DNA of 64,000 nt from Candidatus Nomurabacteria bacterium (GCA_020631975.1 JACKGO010000003.1:170973-234972); one strand, 5' to 3'. Positions 46,185-57,153 are shown, numbered from the stretch's first letter. Notes: generated by a model from the letters alone, not told the origin. A program made the numbers and translations.

Positions 46185-46790
46185 TTGTAACTCTCGCTTC
46201 ATATACCTACCGACTATTAGCCGAATGACTAATAGGGTGAAAAAGGTGATGGCTAGTACAATAGATATGCCAGCTAAATCGGGTGACCACTTAGGGCTAG
46301 CAAAGTCAAACGTATAGAGTTCTTTTGGTGGTAAAGACAATTGTGGTGCATTACCGCCGTTTGCAATTATGTATTCTTGAATACACTGTGCCCGCGCCGT
46401 AAGAGGTATCGCACCCGTTTCACAACGTGCTTGTGCGTCTTGGTATACCTTATTCGTGTCTTGATTAGCGAGCTTAAGCTGTTCTGCTTGTACGTAGCGA
46501 TTGAATTGATTTACCAATTGAATAGGTGGTTCTGTTGCATCTGGGGCACGGAGTTGCGTGTTCATATGTGAGTTCACGTGGTTTCTAAGATTTTGCAAAG
46601 CTGCTTCTATGTCACCGTTTTGTTCATCTGCTGTAAAAACTGCTTGCTTAAGTTCGAGCATACGGGTGTTGTTTATACGAAGCCCATATATACTTAGAGC
46701 ACTAAATAATACAAAACCAGCAACAATAACAAATAATGACGGCCTGCGAATAGCCTTCCAGTAATGATGCGCTTTAGATTTATTAATCAT
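46182..46790 (-). CDS. Hypothetical bitopic membrane protein
   Basis: TM helices at both ends, 202 aa. Confidence 0.55.
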   Translation of the reverse strand: MINKSKAHHYWKAIRRPSLFVIVAGFVLFSALSIYGLRINNTRMLELKQAVFTADEQNGDIEAALQNLRNHVNSHMNTQLRAPDATEPPIQLVNQFNRYVQAEQLKLANQDTNKVYQDAQARCETGAIPLTARAQCIQEYIIANGGNAPQLSLPPKELYTFDFASPKWSPDLAGISIVLAITFFTLLVIRLIVGRYMKRELQ

Positions 46791-46799
46791 ACTTGTATA

Positions 46800-48005
46800 T
46801 TACCTTAATGCTGCAAAACGTTGCGTTAAAATACCTAATGAACTAATAGCGCCATATACAAATAATGTTTGCAAAAGCACTTTTTCATCATGAATAAACA
46901 AAGATGTAACAAATGCTACTGACCAAAATATAAGCAACCCAAACATTCTAAATGAATCAAATAGCGTAATGTACACAATCCTGTAACCAGTAACGCTATC
47001 GGCGGCGTCATATAAACCTTTTGCAAAAGGCATACGGTAGCTGGCCGTCACTGGCTCGTTAACGATGCTCACAAGCAGTGCTTGAATTGGTGTCGTTACA
47101 AATATTCGTAATATATGCATTATTGAATTAACAAAAACACCTACCTTCAGTAATAAACCACCCTTTTTATCATCTATGAGTTTGCCTATTAAATAGAATG
47201 TCAGCAAAGCCATTGCCGTACCTACACTTGTAAGTAAACCTACAATTGCATATGTATTACTTGTAAATAGTACTATAGATATAAACAATGGCCAGACAAC
47301 AATTGAAACGACGTTTTCCACCCCAAAGAATGTTGCTGCTATAAAATCGTGCTTGTGTCTTTTCCATGGAAACCCTTTTAGTGTAATAAACTGATTTGTT
47401 CTGGTCGGTTCTGCAGTTAAAAATAGTGGAACAAGCGATAAGGCCATAACAACAATGGCAATGAATATTGTGGCTTGGGGGAAGACAAATGTCGCTATAG
47501 CACCACCAACAAGTGGCCCTACGGCTGCACCAAAACGTTCAAATATAGTTAAGAAACCAAGTTCTTTGCCGCCATGCTCTGTATGTTTTACTTTAGAAAA
47601 GTCAACCTGTATAGCAATGTTAAACAACGTGTAAGACAACGACCCTAACACTGCAAGCAGAGCGAGCGGCCACTGAGCACTTTGCATACTCATAAGAGTA
47701 GCTAGGTATACAATTTGCACAATAGAAGCAAGCACCATTGTGTGCTTTGGGCCAAATATAGCAACACTTTTAGCCGCCATGTAAGATAGCGGTGGCCGTA
47801 TAGCTGCCCATATTACTTGCATTCCAAAAATATCAGTCAGTGAATAACCAAGTTTGTATAGATATATTGGCACAAAAATACCAATTATACTCATAGCTAA
47901 GCTACGCAAAAATTCACTCGTGTACAGTTCACTTAGTTCGTCAAAACCGACGTTACGCCAAAAATGACGTTTTTTAAATAGTATGTTTATAATTTTTTGT
48001 ATCAT
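46800..48005 (-). CDS. MFS transporter (start taken at the ATG at 48005; the ORF extends to a TTG at 48062)
   Basis: About 12 TM helices; pattern typical of the major facilitator superfamily. Confidence 0.75.
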   Translation of the reverse strand: MIQKIINILFKKRHFWRNVGFDELSELYTSEFLRSLAMSIIGIFVPIYLYKLGYSLTDIFGMQVIWAAIRPPLSYMAAKSVAIFGPKHTMVLASIVQIVYLATLMSMQSAQWPLALLAVLGSLSYTLFNIAIQVDFSKVKHTEHGGKELGFLTIFERFGAAVGPLVGGAIATFVFPQATIFIAIVVMALSLVPLFLTAEPTRTNQFITLKGFPWKRHKHDFIAATFFGVENVVSIVVWPLFISIVLFTSNTYAIVGLLTSVGTAMALLTFYLIGKLIDDKKGGLLLKVGVFVNSIMHILRIFVTTPIQALLVSIVNEPVTASYRMPFAKGLYDAADSVTGYRIVYITLFDSFRMFGLLIFWSVAFVTSLFIHDEKVLLQTLFVYGAISSLGILTQRFAALR

Positions 48006-48052
48006 GAGGTAAAAATACCATGCACTACTGTAAGTATAGCAATTTATAAGGT

Positions 48053-49345
48053 ATGATGACAATTATGCATATATTTTTTTCTGGCATAGGCGGTACTGGT
48101 ATTGGGCCTCTGGCATTGATTGCCAAACAAGCTGGCTATGAAGTATCTGGATCTGATAAGCAAGCAAGCCAATATACAACGTATTTACAAAAGCACGGCA
48201 TTCAGCTTTATATTGAGCAAACAAAAGAAGCAATTGCAAAGATGCATCAAACAAAGCCTATAGACTGGTTTGTGTATACGTCTGCGTTACCCTTAGAAAA
48301 CCCCCACCATCCCGAATTAATGTATGTTCATGAGTTGGGTATTCATCACTCTAAAAGAGATGATTTTTTACAGTACTTTTTAACAGAAAAAAAACTAAAA
48401 CTAATTGCTTTTGCAGGTACACACGGAAAAACCAGTTCAACTGCAATGGCCGTATGGACAGCTAAACAACTCGGTGTACCAATAAGCTATTCAGTTGGCG
48501 CAAAAATTAGTTTTGGAGACATGGGCCATTACGACCCATCGAGCAAGTATTTTTTGTATGAATGCGATGAATTTGATAAGAATTTTTTAGCTTATCAGCC
48601 ATACATCAGTGTACTCACAAAAGTAGACTGGGATCATCATGAGCAATACCCTACTAGAAAAAATTATATTGATGCTTTTAGGCAATTCGTGAGCCAATCT
48701 AAAAATGTAATTGCGCATAAAAGTGAATTAAAGTATTTATCAATAGAATCAAAAAATAATGTTCATGAAATAGATGAATCACTACTACCGTTGCTAAAAA
48801 TAAAAGGTGCCCACAATAGGAGCAATGCAGCAGGTGTGGCGACAGCTATGGCAATGATCCAGCGTACAAATGATTATGAATCAATTATACGCGCCTTAAA
48901 CGCCTATCCTGGGTCTAATAGGCGCTTTGAAAAACTAACCGATAATATATACAGTGATTACGCCCACACACCAGAAGAAATAGCTGCAACGCTACAGCTT
49001 GCGAAAGAGTATGGCAAATCAATCGTTGTGGTGTACGAGCCTTTAACCAACAGACGCCAACATTTTATGAGAGATGCCTATAAGGATGTTTTTCAACAGT
49101 TAGATGCACTTTATTGGTTACCCAGTTATCTTGCGCGCGAAGACCCAGAACTAGATATTATTCACCCAGAACAATTCATTGCTCAATTACCTGAGTCTGC
49201 ACATGCACACACTGCCAAGCTCAATGACGAACTAAAATCTACTATCATACAAGCTTCTAACAGCGGTGCGCTAGTGTTACTACTCGCAGGAGGAGGTGGT
49301 GGTAGCTTGGATGAATGGGCTCGTAAAGCGTTTGTTAAGCGCTAA
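48053..49345 (+). CDS. murC: Mur ligase, UDP-N-acetylmuramate--L-alanine ligase (MurC/Mpl-like)
   Basis: GIGGTGIGPLALIAKQAGYEVSGSD, GTHGKTSS, ECDEFD, DWDHH, GAHNRSNA, RRFE, DYAHTPEEI. Confidence 0.8.
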   Translation: MMTIMHIFFSGIGGTGIGPLALIAKQAGYEVSGSDKQASQYTTYLQKHGIQLYIEQTKEAIAKMHQTKPIDWFVYTSALPLENPHHPELMYVHELGIHHSKRDDFLQYFLTEKKLKLIAFAGTHGKTSSTAMAVWTAKQLGVPISYSVGAKISFGDMGHYDPSSKYFLYECDEFDKNFLAYQPYISVLTKVDWDHHEQYPTRKNYIDAFRQFVSQSKNVIAHKSELKYLSIESKNNVHEIDESLLPLLKIKGAHNRSNAAGVATAMAMIQRTNDYESIIRALNAYPGSNRRFEKLTDNIYSDYAHTPEEIAATLQLAKEYGKSIVVVYEPLTNRRQHFMRDAYKDVFQQLDALYWLPSYLAREDPELDIIHPEQFIAQLPESAHAHTAKLNDELKSTIIQASNSGALVLLLAGGGGGSLDEWARKAFVKR

Positions 49346-49641
49346 AGACCAGTCGGTCCAAAGTCTGCAGCATCATTAAATGACTTAACCCGTTGAGGTA
49401 ATGTTCTTGAATAGTACTCTAGATCATCAGCCTGAATCGGGCTTGTAGTATCAATATCGTCTAAGTCGCTTTGCAGAACCTGTTGGGCTGCACTTATCTG
49501 CTTAACGGTTGCATAGGCTCCACTATTTAAAAAAACAAAAAAAGATATAAACACTAAAACTGCAGACACTGCGATTGTAAGACCTATCATCCAAGCTAAG
49601 TTGAGTTCTTTTGGTTTGGGGCGTCTAAAAATTAGTTTCAT
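49342..49641 (-). CDS. Hypothetical single-TM protein (99 aa)
   Basis: Intact ORF adjacent to the next gene. Confidence 0.45.
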   Translation of the reverse strand: MKLIFRRPKPKELNLAWMIGLTIAVSAVLVFISFFVFLNSGAYATVKQISAAQQVLQSDLDDIDTTSPIQADDLEYYSRTLPQRVKSFNDAADFGPTGL

Positions 49642-49642
49642 T

Positions 49643-50200
49643 TTATATTCTTAGTCTATTTATCAGTGGATTAAATGTCGTTTGGGGCGATAGCAATACG
49701 GTTACTTTTAACTCACTTGCCAAAGTAAACATTTCTTGCCGTGTCTGATTATATTCTGCGATACCAGCCTTATATAGTTCTGGGCTGTTGACGCAATCTA
49801 CTGCTGTAATGTCTTCTGCTAGTTGTTGAGAATAGCGTGACTTTTCGGTAAACGTATCTAAACTTTGTTGTAATTTGCCAATCAACAAATCAACTTCTGA
49901 TGCGTCTGCGCCTTGTTTGGACATACGCAGTTCTATTGCTTTAATCTCTTTCTGAATAGCACCGTAAGTGGCAATTCGCTTTTTAGCAGATTCATCTGTT
50001 GCTGTCTGCAAAGTCTTGATAGTTTGTTTATTGTTAATACATTGTTCTGATACCACCGCGCGGTCTTGGGGTAAAATTGAAACACTTCGCTTATCTTGCA
50101 GTTCCATTAGTCTATCTTTAGAATCAATTTGGCCTTCTGCAAGTACATTAGGAGCAACGCCCATTACGAGGAGTAGCACAGATATAACCAATAATCTCAT
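49643..50200 (-). CDS. Secreted coiled-coil hypothetical protein
   Basis: Signal-peptide-like MRLLVISVLLLVMGVAPNVLA, helical remainder. Confidence 0.5.
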   Translation of the reverse strand: MRLLVISVLLLVMGVAPNVLAEGQIDSKDRLMELQDKRSVSILPQDRAVVSEQCINNKQTIKTLQTATDESAKKRIATYGAIQKEIKAIELRMSKQGADASEVDLLIGKLQQSLDTFTEKSRYSQQLAEDITAVDCVNSPELYKAGIAEYNQTRQEMFTLASELKVTVLLSPQTTFNPLINRLRI

Positions 50201-50218
50201 TAGTAATAGTATATCATT

Positions 50219-51049
50219 TTACCCACTCGCAAGACGATAAGAACCTGTATTGTTACTCGTTATGAGTCCTTCTTTTATAAGATCGGCGAGGACACTGTCT
50301 AAACGATCATCGTCTATAGCGCGATGTAATTCATCACGGGTAAGAGAAACTGTTTGACGTAACAGCAGTATTACGCTACCTCTTACCTGGCGTCTAGACC
50401 CAATAAAGGCTGCCTGTTTTTTATATGTATGTGATTTATATAGTTGGTTACCGTAGGTTTTTTTAATATATGTACCGTAGTCCATCAATGCATAAAACCA
50501 CTCACGTGGTTTAACGGTATCGATTGTTGTGTTTACTAATTTTAAGATATCTGCATCTGTTATGCTGTTTTTTGCATGTGGAAAAAACTCATGTAAATAG
50601 ACAGTTCGAATGTTAGTTTCGATAAACGCAACAGGTAGGTCGTGGGTATAAACAACAACTGCAGCTGCAGTATTTGTACCTAGACCTGGTAGTTTAGTGA
50701 GAGCTCGTACGTCTGGCGGCACTATTCCATTATATTGCGCAAAAACAGCATGAAGAGATTCAAACAAATACTTTGCCCGACGGTTATAGCCAAGCCCGCT
50801 CCAAGCTACTATTGCATCGGCAAGTGTTGCTTCCATAAAATCAGCAAGCGTAGGCCATTGCTTTAACCAGCTGTGGTATTTTGGCACTACACGGCTGACT
50901 TGCGTTTGCTGCAGCATCATTTCAGATACTAAAACCCTGTAACCTCTATCTAGGGCTGTTAATTCGTTAATGTGTCTCCATGGCAAATCACGTTTTTGGG
51001 TATCGTAAAACTGCCATACTTTATCGATAAAAAGACTATAATTATGCAT
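50219..51049 (-). CDS. mutY: HhH-GPD DNA glycosylase, MutY-like, without Fe-S cluster cysteines
   Basis: LPWR, SEMMLQQTQV, GLGYNRRA, HhH LPGLGTNTAAAV; the C-terminal part contains no Cys. Confidence 0.7.
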   Translation of the reverse strand: MHNYSLFIDKVWQFYDTQKRDLPWRHINELTALDRGYRVLVSEMMLQQTQVSRVVPKYHSWLKQWPTLADFMEATLADAIVAWSGLGYNRRAKYLFESLHAVFAQYNGIVPPDVRALTKLPGLGTNTAAAVVVYTHDLPVAFIETNIRTVYLHEFFPHAKNSITDADILKLVNTTIDTVKPREWFYALMDYGTYIKKTYGNQLYKSHTYKKQAAFIGSRRQVRGSVILLLRQTVSLTRDELHRAIDDDRLDSVLADLIKEGLITSNNTGSYRLASG

Positions 51050-51054
51050 ATATT

Positions 51055-52986
51055 TTAATAGTAGTATTGACTATCGGCATACACAGAAAGGGTGACATCA
51101 CCTACTTTTTTTACCTGGCCATTTGTTGTGCTGACAATGTAATCTGCTGTTTCACCGGCTGTAGCTACCGCGTAGAGTATCGTTGTGCTATTTAACCAAC
51201 GAATTGGGTAGTTTATGCCTGATTGCTTGGTTATTTCTTTGGAATCATTTGCATTACTACTAGAAACCAAAAGTACTGTCTTGCCGTCTCTTTCTTCTAG
51301 CCATGCTACGTCTGTAGTTATCGGATTACTCGTATAGGTAATATTTTTTGGAACAGCCGGCGCACCTTCGAGTTGCTTTATTGATCCATTTTCAAGGGTT
51401 AGTTCGTACCATTCATCACCTTCTGCGCTTATTTGTAGAGTATCGTTGGTTATTCTATATACCGCCCAAATGTTCTTCGCGAGTAGCACTTTTTTTTCAT
51501 TATTGTTGAGGCTCGATTTTGTCAAACCTTTGCTTTGGGAGCCATCACTGACAGGAAGCACATAGTACACTGCGTCTTTAATAAGCCGAACATCTGTAAA
51601 GTTACTAGCAGTTGCAACTTCATGTACCTCTTTTTTTGCAGCATCATAGGCTACGATTGTTTGTGTGCTACCCTTGTCTGCTAGCTGATTCGTAGCTGTT
51701 TTAACAAAAACTACAGTGTCACCATCCCAGCCAATCAAACGAACACGCTCGCTACTGCTTGTATCTATTTTTTCTACTTGTTTCGTTGTAGTATCTAAAA
51801 GATATACGCTACTTGTCATACTGCCTGATTCGTTGCGTAAACCGTCCCTAGAAGACACTAATGCGACGACTGAACTTTTTGGATTAGGAAGCAAATGGGT
51901 ATCGGATTGCTCAGTACCCGTACCTGGCAATAATAAGGTTTCTTGAGTTCCGTCTACATAGCGACTATATATATCATATTTGCCACTTCTTTTTGATATA
52001 AATACATCTTGGCTGCTTGGTACAAGTAGTACCTCTTCATTTGCGATAGTGTCAGCCGGTATGGTGAGTGTTTCGGTTCTATATGTATTATAGGTAAATG
52101 TAACGGCAATATCTTTTTCTGTTGGCTCTATTGTAAGTTTTGCAAGACCGTTTTCGTCAGAAAGTGCCACACTTTCACCATCTGAAACTTCAACATTTTG
52201 CAAAGCAGAACCACTTAACCAATCTTTGGCTGTAAAAACAAACGTGGTACCTGTAGGATTCAGCTCTAAAGGTCCATCAAAAGGGTTGCTGCCCCACCCA
52301 ATTGTTACTGGAATTTGCTCTTCTTTGAAAGAACGTTTTTGTAAATTAATTAATGTTGGACCTAATTTGATATCATTAATCTTTACTAGACCTTCTTCAT
52401 CGCTTTTAGCAGTCTTATCATCAATACTTACTGTTACGTTTTTAATTGGCCTACCACTTATTACATCGACTACTCTAAACTGTGCACTTGCTCTCACGCC
52501 AACTGTGTTTAAAACATAGTACCGTGCTTGTGGAAAAGCTACTATAAAGACCACCGCTCCAAACACTGCCAACAGTATTACTGTTCTTAAAATTCTATGG
52601 TTCCACCAAGCTTTAGCAAAACGGATAATACCGTTTTGTTTAGGCGGAGTAATCGTATAATCTGATGAGCTTGCAGCTATAGATTCCGTGTTTGTGTTAT
52701 GTTCCTGAGCAATAACTTCGTCAACAACCGTATCGTCCGTTTCGTTGCCAGCTTCGTCAAAGAGCGGCTTGGGCTTAGTGTCTGCAGGTGGATCATCGGT
52801 TACTTTCTCTACGCTTTTAGATGTGTCATCAGTGCTTTTATAACGACGTGAAGATATTCTGCGAGGAGCAGAATTTTTGTCAAGTCTTGCCGTAGCTTCT
52901 TCTGGCGGCAAACCCATCAGCAAAGTTATCTTGTCTTGTATCTCCGCTGCTGGTACATCAAATGTATTGTCTTTATTTTTATCCAT
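51055..52986 (-). CDS. Large membrane-anchored protein with Ig/CarboxypepD_reg-like repeats and a beta-propeller-like C-terminus
   Basis: Disordered N-terminus, one TM (ILRTVILLAVFGAVVFIVAF), beta-rich repeats, TolB/PD40-like pattern. Confidence 0.6.
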   Translation of the reverse strand: MDKNKDNTFDVPAAEIQDKITLLMGLPPEEATARLDKNSAPRRISSRRYKSTDDTSKSVEKVTDDPPADTKPKPLFDEAGNETDDTVVDEVIAQEHNTNTESIAASSSDYTITPPKQNGIIRFAKAWWNHRILRTVILLAVFGAVVFIVAFPQARYYVLNTVGVRASAQFRVVDVISGRPIKNVTVSIDDKTAKSDEEGLVKINDIKLGPTLINLQKRSFKEEQIPVTIGWGSNPFDGPLELNPTGTTFVFTAKDWLSGSALQNVEVSDGESVALSDENGLAKLTIEPTEKDIAVTFTYNTYRTETLTIPADTIANEEVLLVPSSQDVFISKRSGKYDIYSRYVDGTQETLLLPGTGTEQSDTHLLPNPKSSVVALVSSRDGLRNESGSMTSSVYLLDTTTKQVEKIDTSSSERVRLIGWDGDTVVFVKTATNQLADKGSTQTIVAYDAAKKEVHEVATASNFTDVRLIKDAVYYVLPVSDGSQSKGLTKSSLNNNEKKVLLAKNIWAVYRITNDTLQISAEGDEWYELTLENGSIKQLEGAPAVPKNITYTSNPITTDVAWLEERDGKTVLLVSSSNANDSKEITKQSGINYPIRWLNSTTILYAVATAGETADYIVSTTNGQVKKVGDVTLSVYADSQYYY

Positions 52987-53032
52987 AAGAACTATTGATA
53001 TTTTACCATTTTATAGCTTAGTTTGAACATCT

Positions 53033-53551
53033 CTATATCTGTGCTGGCATGTTTTGCACAGATTGAAGCACATATACGCTTAACTGTCTTGCATCTTGAT
53101 AGATTTCTTTTTCTGATAACTCTTCTACTTCTTGTAGGCTTAGCCATCGTATATCACTAGATTCGTCATCAGCAATTGCGTTAGTAGGTTCTTCTTTTGC
53201 AACAAATGCATAGGTAAGATCAGTATGGTAATGAGGTACGTCACCTGGGACAGCATGAGTATTAACAGAAAACGGTACAAAATGTTCATCGCAACCTACG
53301 AGTCCTAGTTTAGGCTTAGAAAGAACAATGGACAGCGAACTCATATCATACCCTGATTCTTCTTTTAGTTCTCTCGCGACCGCCTGCCATGGCGTTTCGT
53401 CTAGTTCTATATGCCCACCAAAAGGAAGCAACGAATTATGTTTTTTGTGTACGTGTAATGCGATTCGCCAGTCTATATCATCAAATTGTCTCACGATATA
53501 TACGCTCACTGTAAAATCATGTTGGCCACTTAGAGTGTGAATATGTGCCAT
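53033..53551 (-). CDS. NUDIX hydrolase
   Basis: Nudix box GGHIELDETPWQAVARELKEESG. Confidence 0.9.
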   Translation of the reverse strand: MAHIHTLSGQHDFTVSVYIVRQFDDIDWRIALHVHKKHNSLLPFGGHIELDETPWQAVARELKEESGYDMSSLSIVLSKPKLGLVGCDEHFVPFSVNTHAVPGDVPHYHTDLTYAFVAKEEPTNAIADDESSDIRWLSLQEVEELSEKEIYQDARQLSVYVLQSVQNMPAQI

Positions 53552-53565
53552 TGGGCGGTAAATAC

Positions 53566-55320
53566 CTAATCTTTGCTTTCTATTATGCGAATATTAAGTT
53601 CTTCTAGTTGCGTTTCATCTACAGTGCTCGGGGATCCCATCATAACATCTACACCAGAGCCATTTTTTGGAAATGCAACAACTTCTCTAATATTGTCTTC
53701 ATTCGTCAGCACCATAAATATTCTGTCTAATCCGAAAGCACACCCTGCGTGAGGTGGTGCTCCATATTTAAAAGCCTGTAACATCGCGCCAAATTTTGAT
53801 TCTACATATGATTTTTTGTAGCCCAGCACATCAAACACTTTGTACATGACTTCTGGATTATGATTCCTTACGGCACCTGAACAAATTTCATATCCATTCA
53901 TTACCATATCAAATTGATCAGCCACAATGGATAGTTTGTCTTCATTTTCCAGCGTCCCAAGCCCTCCTTTTGGCATAGAAAACGGATTGTGTCCAAAGTC
54001 TAATTTTTTCGTTTTTTCATCGTATTCATAAAAAGGAAAGTCAACAATCCAAGCTAATGCAACTGTATTATCATCTTTTAACCCAAGAACATCTCCTAGG
54101 TGTGATCTTAGAACTCCGAGCGCTGCATTTACTACAGTCTTTCTGTCTGCACCAAAGAAAATAGTATCTCCGTCTTGTGCATGAGTAGTTTTTTGTATTG
54201 TATTAAGCTCTTCATCGCTAAAGAATTTTGCAATAGATGAGTGTAGTTTTCCATCTTCTACAGTCATATAAGGCAGCCCGCCTGCTCCGTTTTGTTTGGC
54301 AATATCAGTGAACGTATCAATTTGTGATCTGCTAAATTGTGATTTTGCACAAATAGCTTTAACAACTCCGTTTGCTTTGATAGCGTTGGTAAACACACCA
54401 AAACCACAACTTTCTAGTTCTTTTGTTAGATCTACGAGATGCATATCAAATCTGAGGTCTGGCTTATCACTCCCATATGTATCAAGTGCTTCTTGATACG
54501 TAATTCTTGGAATTTTAGATTCAGCCAATGATTTACCCGCAAATGTCGTAACCAGATCTATAATAAGTGGCTCAACAGTTTGCCGTACCGTCTCGCCGTC
54601 TTCTACAAAGGCCATTTCTAGATCTAGTTGATAAAAATCTCCATAGAGTCTGTCTGCTCTTGGATCTTCGTCGCGAAAACAAGTGGCAATCTGATAATAT
54701 CTATTTACCCCACCAACCATGAGTAGTTGCTTAAACTGCTGAGGAGCTTGTGGTAATGCATAAAACTTACCACTATGTACGCGTGACGGTACAAGAAAGT
54801 CTCGAGCTCCTTCGGGGCTGGAATTAGCCAATATTGGTGTCGCTATTTCAGTAAATGCATTGGTTTCCATGTACTGTCTAATCGTTGCATAGTATTGTGC
54901 ACGCTTTGTTAACATGTCTTGCATTTTTTGTCTGCGCAAATCTAAGTATCGATACTTTAGTCTATGCTCTTCATTTACCTTTTGATTCGTGTTAACCAAT
55001 ATCGGTAATGGCTCGCTCTTATTAAGGATTCGTAAGTTTTCAACCACGAGTTCAATGCCGCCCGTTGGAATATTGCTATTTTTAAGATGTTCATCTCTTT
55101 CTTTTACCAGACCCGTTGCTTCTATGACATATTCATCCCTTAGTTCTTCTGCCGCATGAAAGCCTTCTTTTGTAGCGTCTATGGTAAGTTGTAATAAACC
55201 TGTGTGATCTCTTAAATCTACAAACACAAGCCCACCATGGTCACGCCTGCTGTTCACCCATCCCTGTACTACGACAGACTTACCTATACTATTAATCGTT
55301 TCAGTTACTAATGTTCTCAT
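53566..55320 (-). CDS. aspS: Aspartate--tRNA ligase (bacterial type)
   Basis: OB anticodon-binding N-terminus, class II motifs (FRDED, GGLDR), GAD insertion; 584 aa. Confidence 0.96.
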   Translation of the reverse strand: MRTLVTETINSIGKSVVVQGWVNSRRDHGGLVFVDLRDHTGLLQLTIDATKEGFHAAEELRDEYVIEATGLVKERDEHLKNSNIPTGGIELVVENLRILNKSEPLPILVNTNQKVNEEHRLKYRYLDLRRQKMQDMLTKRAQYYATIRQYMETNAFTEIATPILANSSPEGARDFLVPSRVHSGKFYALPQAPQQFKQLLMVGGVNRYYQIATCFRDEDPRADRLYGDFYQLDLEMAFVEDGETVRQTVEPLIIDLVTTFAGKSLAESKIPRITYQEALDTYGSDKPDLRFDMHLVDLTKELESCGFGVFTNAIKANGVVKAICAKSQFSRSQIDTFTDIAKQNGAGGLPYMTVEDGKLHSSIAKFFSDEELNTIQKTTHAQDGDTIFFGADRKTVVNAALGVLRSHLGDVLGLKDDNTVALAWIVDFPFYEYDEKTKKLDFGHNPFSMPKGGLGTLENEDKLSIVADQFDMVMNGYEICSGAVRNHNPEVMYKVFDVLGYKKSYVESKFGAMLQAFKYGAPPHAGCAFGLDRIFMVLTNEDNIREVVAFPKNGSGVDVMMGSPSTVDETQLEELNIRIIESKD

Positions 55321-55364
55321 AACTTGTCATTATAACAGATATGGTACGACTCTATGTATGGTAA

Positions 55365-56399
55365 CTAAGAAATGATATTTGACTTTCTTGACGAGCGTTT
55401 TGTGGCTGCTTTGCTCTTTGCGACTAAGCGCAAGTCATCAAACCTATCATCTTCATCATGAATAGGATGTCCTATGATTTGTTCTATCACATCTTCTATC
55501 GTTAGTACACCAACCACGTCCTCAAACTCATTTACCACTACAAATAAATGATGCCGAGTTTTTATAAAACCATGCAATGCAACATCGAGTGGCTGCGCTT
55601 CATTGATGTAATACACATCATCACGCATAATTTTTGTAACTGGCTTGGCTTTCTGTAAACGTATTGCGTCACGTAAATATAGTGTACCTATAATATTTTG
55701 ATTGTTTTCACTATATACGGGGAATCTCGAGTGGCCACTGTCATGTAACTCGCCAATAACAACAGGTGTTAATTCATCGTCAGCATTCACAAAATGCACA
55801 GTATTGAGTGGTGTCATATGATCTTGTACCAGCTTTTCTCCAAATAAAAGTGCGTTTTCGGCTATTTTTAACTCGTGTTTACTTATACGGTCAAATTCAT
55901 CTGCGTTATGACGTAGTATTTCTAGTAATTCATCTTTGCTTTGTATAAGCATAAACGGTTCTGGTTGGATCCATCTTCCAACCCATTTTTCTAATCGGCG
56001 CATAATAGGAAACGTTTTTCGGAGAATCCATTCTAAATATGGGCTTACTATAGCGGCCATATGCAAGCTTGGTTTGGGGCGCTTTGACCACGGTAAAATA
56101 GCATGTAACACAACGATAAGTGGTACGTTTATCAAGATAATTAGTATTGGACTACCAATTAAACTCTTTAAAAGTAAAATTATACTTGTAGTCAAAAAAC
56201 CAAGTACCGTCCATAGCAGTATCCAGAGTTGCATACCGTATGCGCGTACTGGGTACACGCGGACGGCATCTTTATTGCCTTGTCTGGCTTGGCGTTTGAG
56301 TTCACGTATACTCATGAACTCTAGGCTTCTTATAAGTAAAATGCCATAGAATGTAACACCAATCAATACACTTAGTAATAATGTTTCTATTAGTTCCAC
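55365..56399 (-). CDS. CNNM/DUF21 plus CBS-pair transporter (HlyC/CorC family) without CorC_HlyC C-domain
   Basis: Four N-terminal TM helices (DUF21), then a tandem CBS pair. Confidence 0.8.
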   Translation of the reverse strand: MELIETLLLSVLIGVTFYGILLIRSLEFMSIRELKRQARQGNKDAVRVYPVRAYGMQLWILLWTVLGFLTTSIILLLKSLIGSPILIILINVPLIVVLHAILPWSKRPKPSLHMAAIVSPYLEWILRKTFPIMRRLEKWVGRWIQPEPFMLIQSKDELLEILRHNADEFDRISKHELKIAENALLFGEKLVQDHMTPLNTVHFVNADDELTPVVIGELHDSGHSRFPVYSENNQNIIGTLYLRDAIRLQKAKPVTKIMRDDVYYINEAQPLDVALHGFIKTRHHLFVVVNEFEDVVGVLTIEDVIEQIIGHPIHDEDDRFDDLRLVAKSKAATKRSSRKSNIIS

Positions 56400-56502
56400 T
56401 CATGTTTATTCTACGTTATTTTTACTGTAAAATATAGCGCCAAGCTTATGTATTATTGATACAATAGAATAACAACATGCATAACAGATAGGAGTCTGAA
56501 CA

Positions 56503-57153
56503 ATGGATAAACGTTTTTTGATTATCATGGGAATAATTGTCGTCGCTTTTCTTGGAATATTCTTCCTTGGCAATTCGAATAATGAGTCACAAAACACTCA
56601 AAATACAGGTACAGTAAGCAACCACACCACTGGGAACAATGCCAAAAATGTTGAATTATTAGTCTATGGTGACTTTGAGTGTCCTGCCTGTGGCCAATTT
56701 GCAGCGATTGAAAAGCAAGTGATTGATAAATATAAAGACGACATTGCTTTCACATTCCGCCATTTTCCAATAGATACCATACACCCTAACGCCCGCGCAG
56801 CAGCACGTGCAGCAGAAGCCGCAGGAGCTCAAGGTAAATTCTTTGAGATGCATGATTTGCTATATCAAACGCAATCCCAGTGGAGTTCTCAGGTAACTAC
56901 TAACCCTCAGCCTATATTTGAAAATTTTGCTAAAGAAATAGGATTAGACATCAATAAATATACTATTGATTATGCTTCTGATACAACAAACAGCACTATT
57001 AACGCAGATAAACAAGAAGGTAACAACAAAGGCGTCAATGGAACGCCAACCTACTTTATTAATGGGGTTAAGATAGACAACGGCCAAATTACGAGTGTTG
57101 AAGGTTTTTCTAAAGTAATTGAGGATGCTATCTCCGGCGCAAATCAAAACTAA
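56503..57153 (+). CDS. DsbA-family thiol:disulfide oxidoreductase, membrane-anchored
   Basis: N-terminal TM, thioredoxin-fold active site CPAC. Confidence 0.85.
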   Translation: MDKRFLIIMGIIVVAFLGIFFLGNSNNESQNTQNTGTVSNHTTGNNAKNVELLVYGDFECPACGQFAAIEKQVIDKYKDDIAFTFRHFPIDTIHPNARAAARAAEAAGAQGKFFEMHDLLYQTQSQWSSQVTTNPQPIFENFAKEIGLDINKYTIDYASDTTNSTINADKQEGNNKGVNGTPTYFINGVKIDNGQITSVEGFSKVIEDAISGANQN

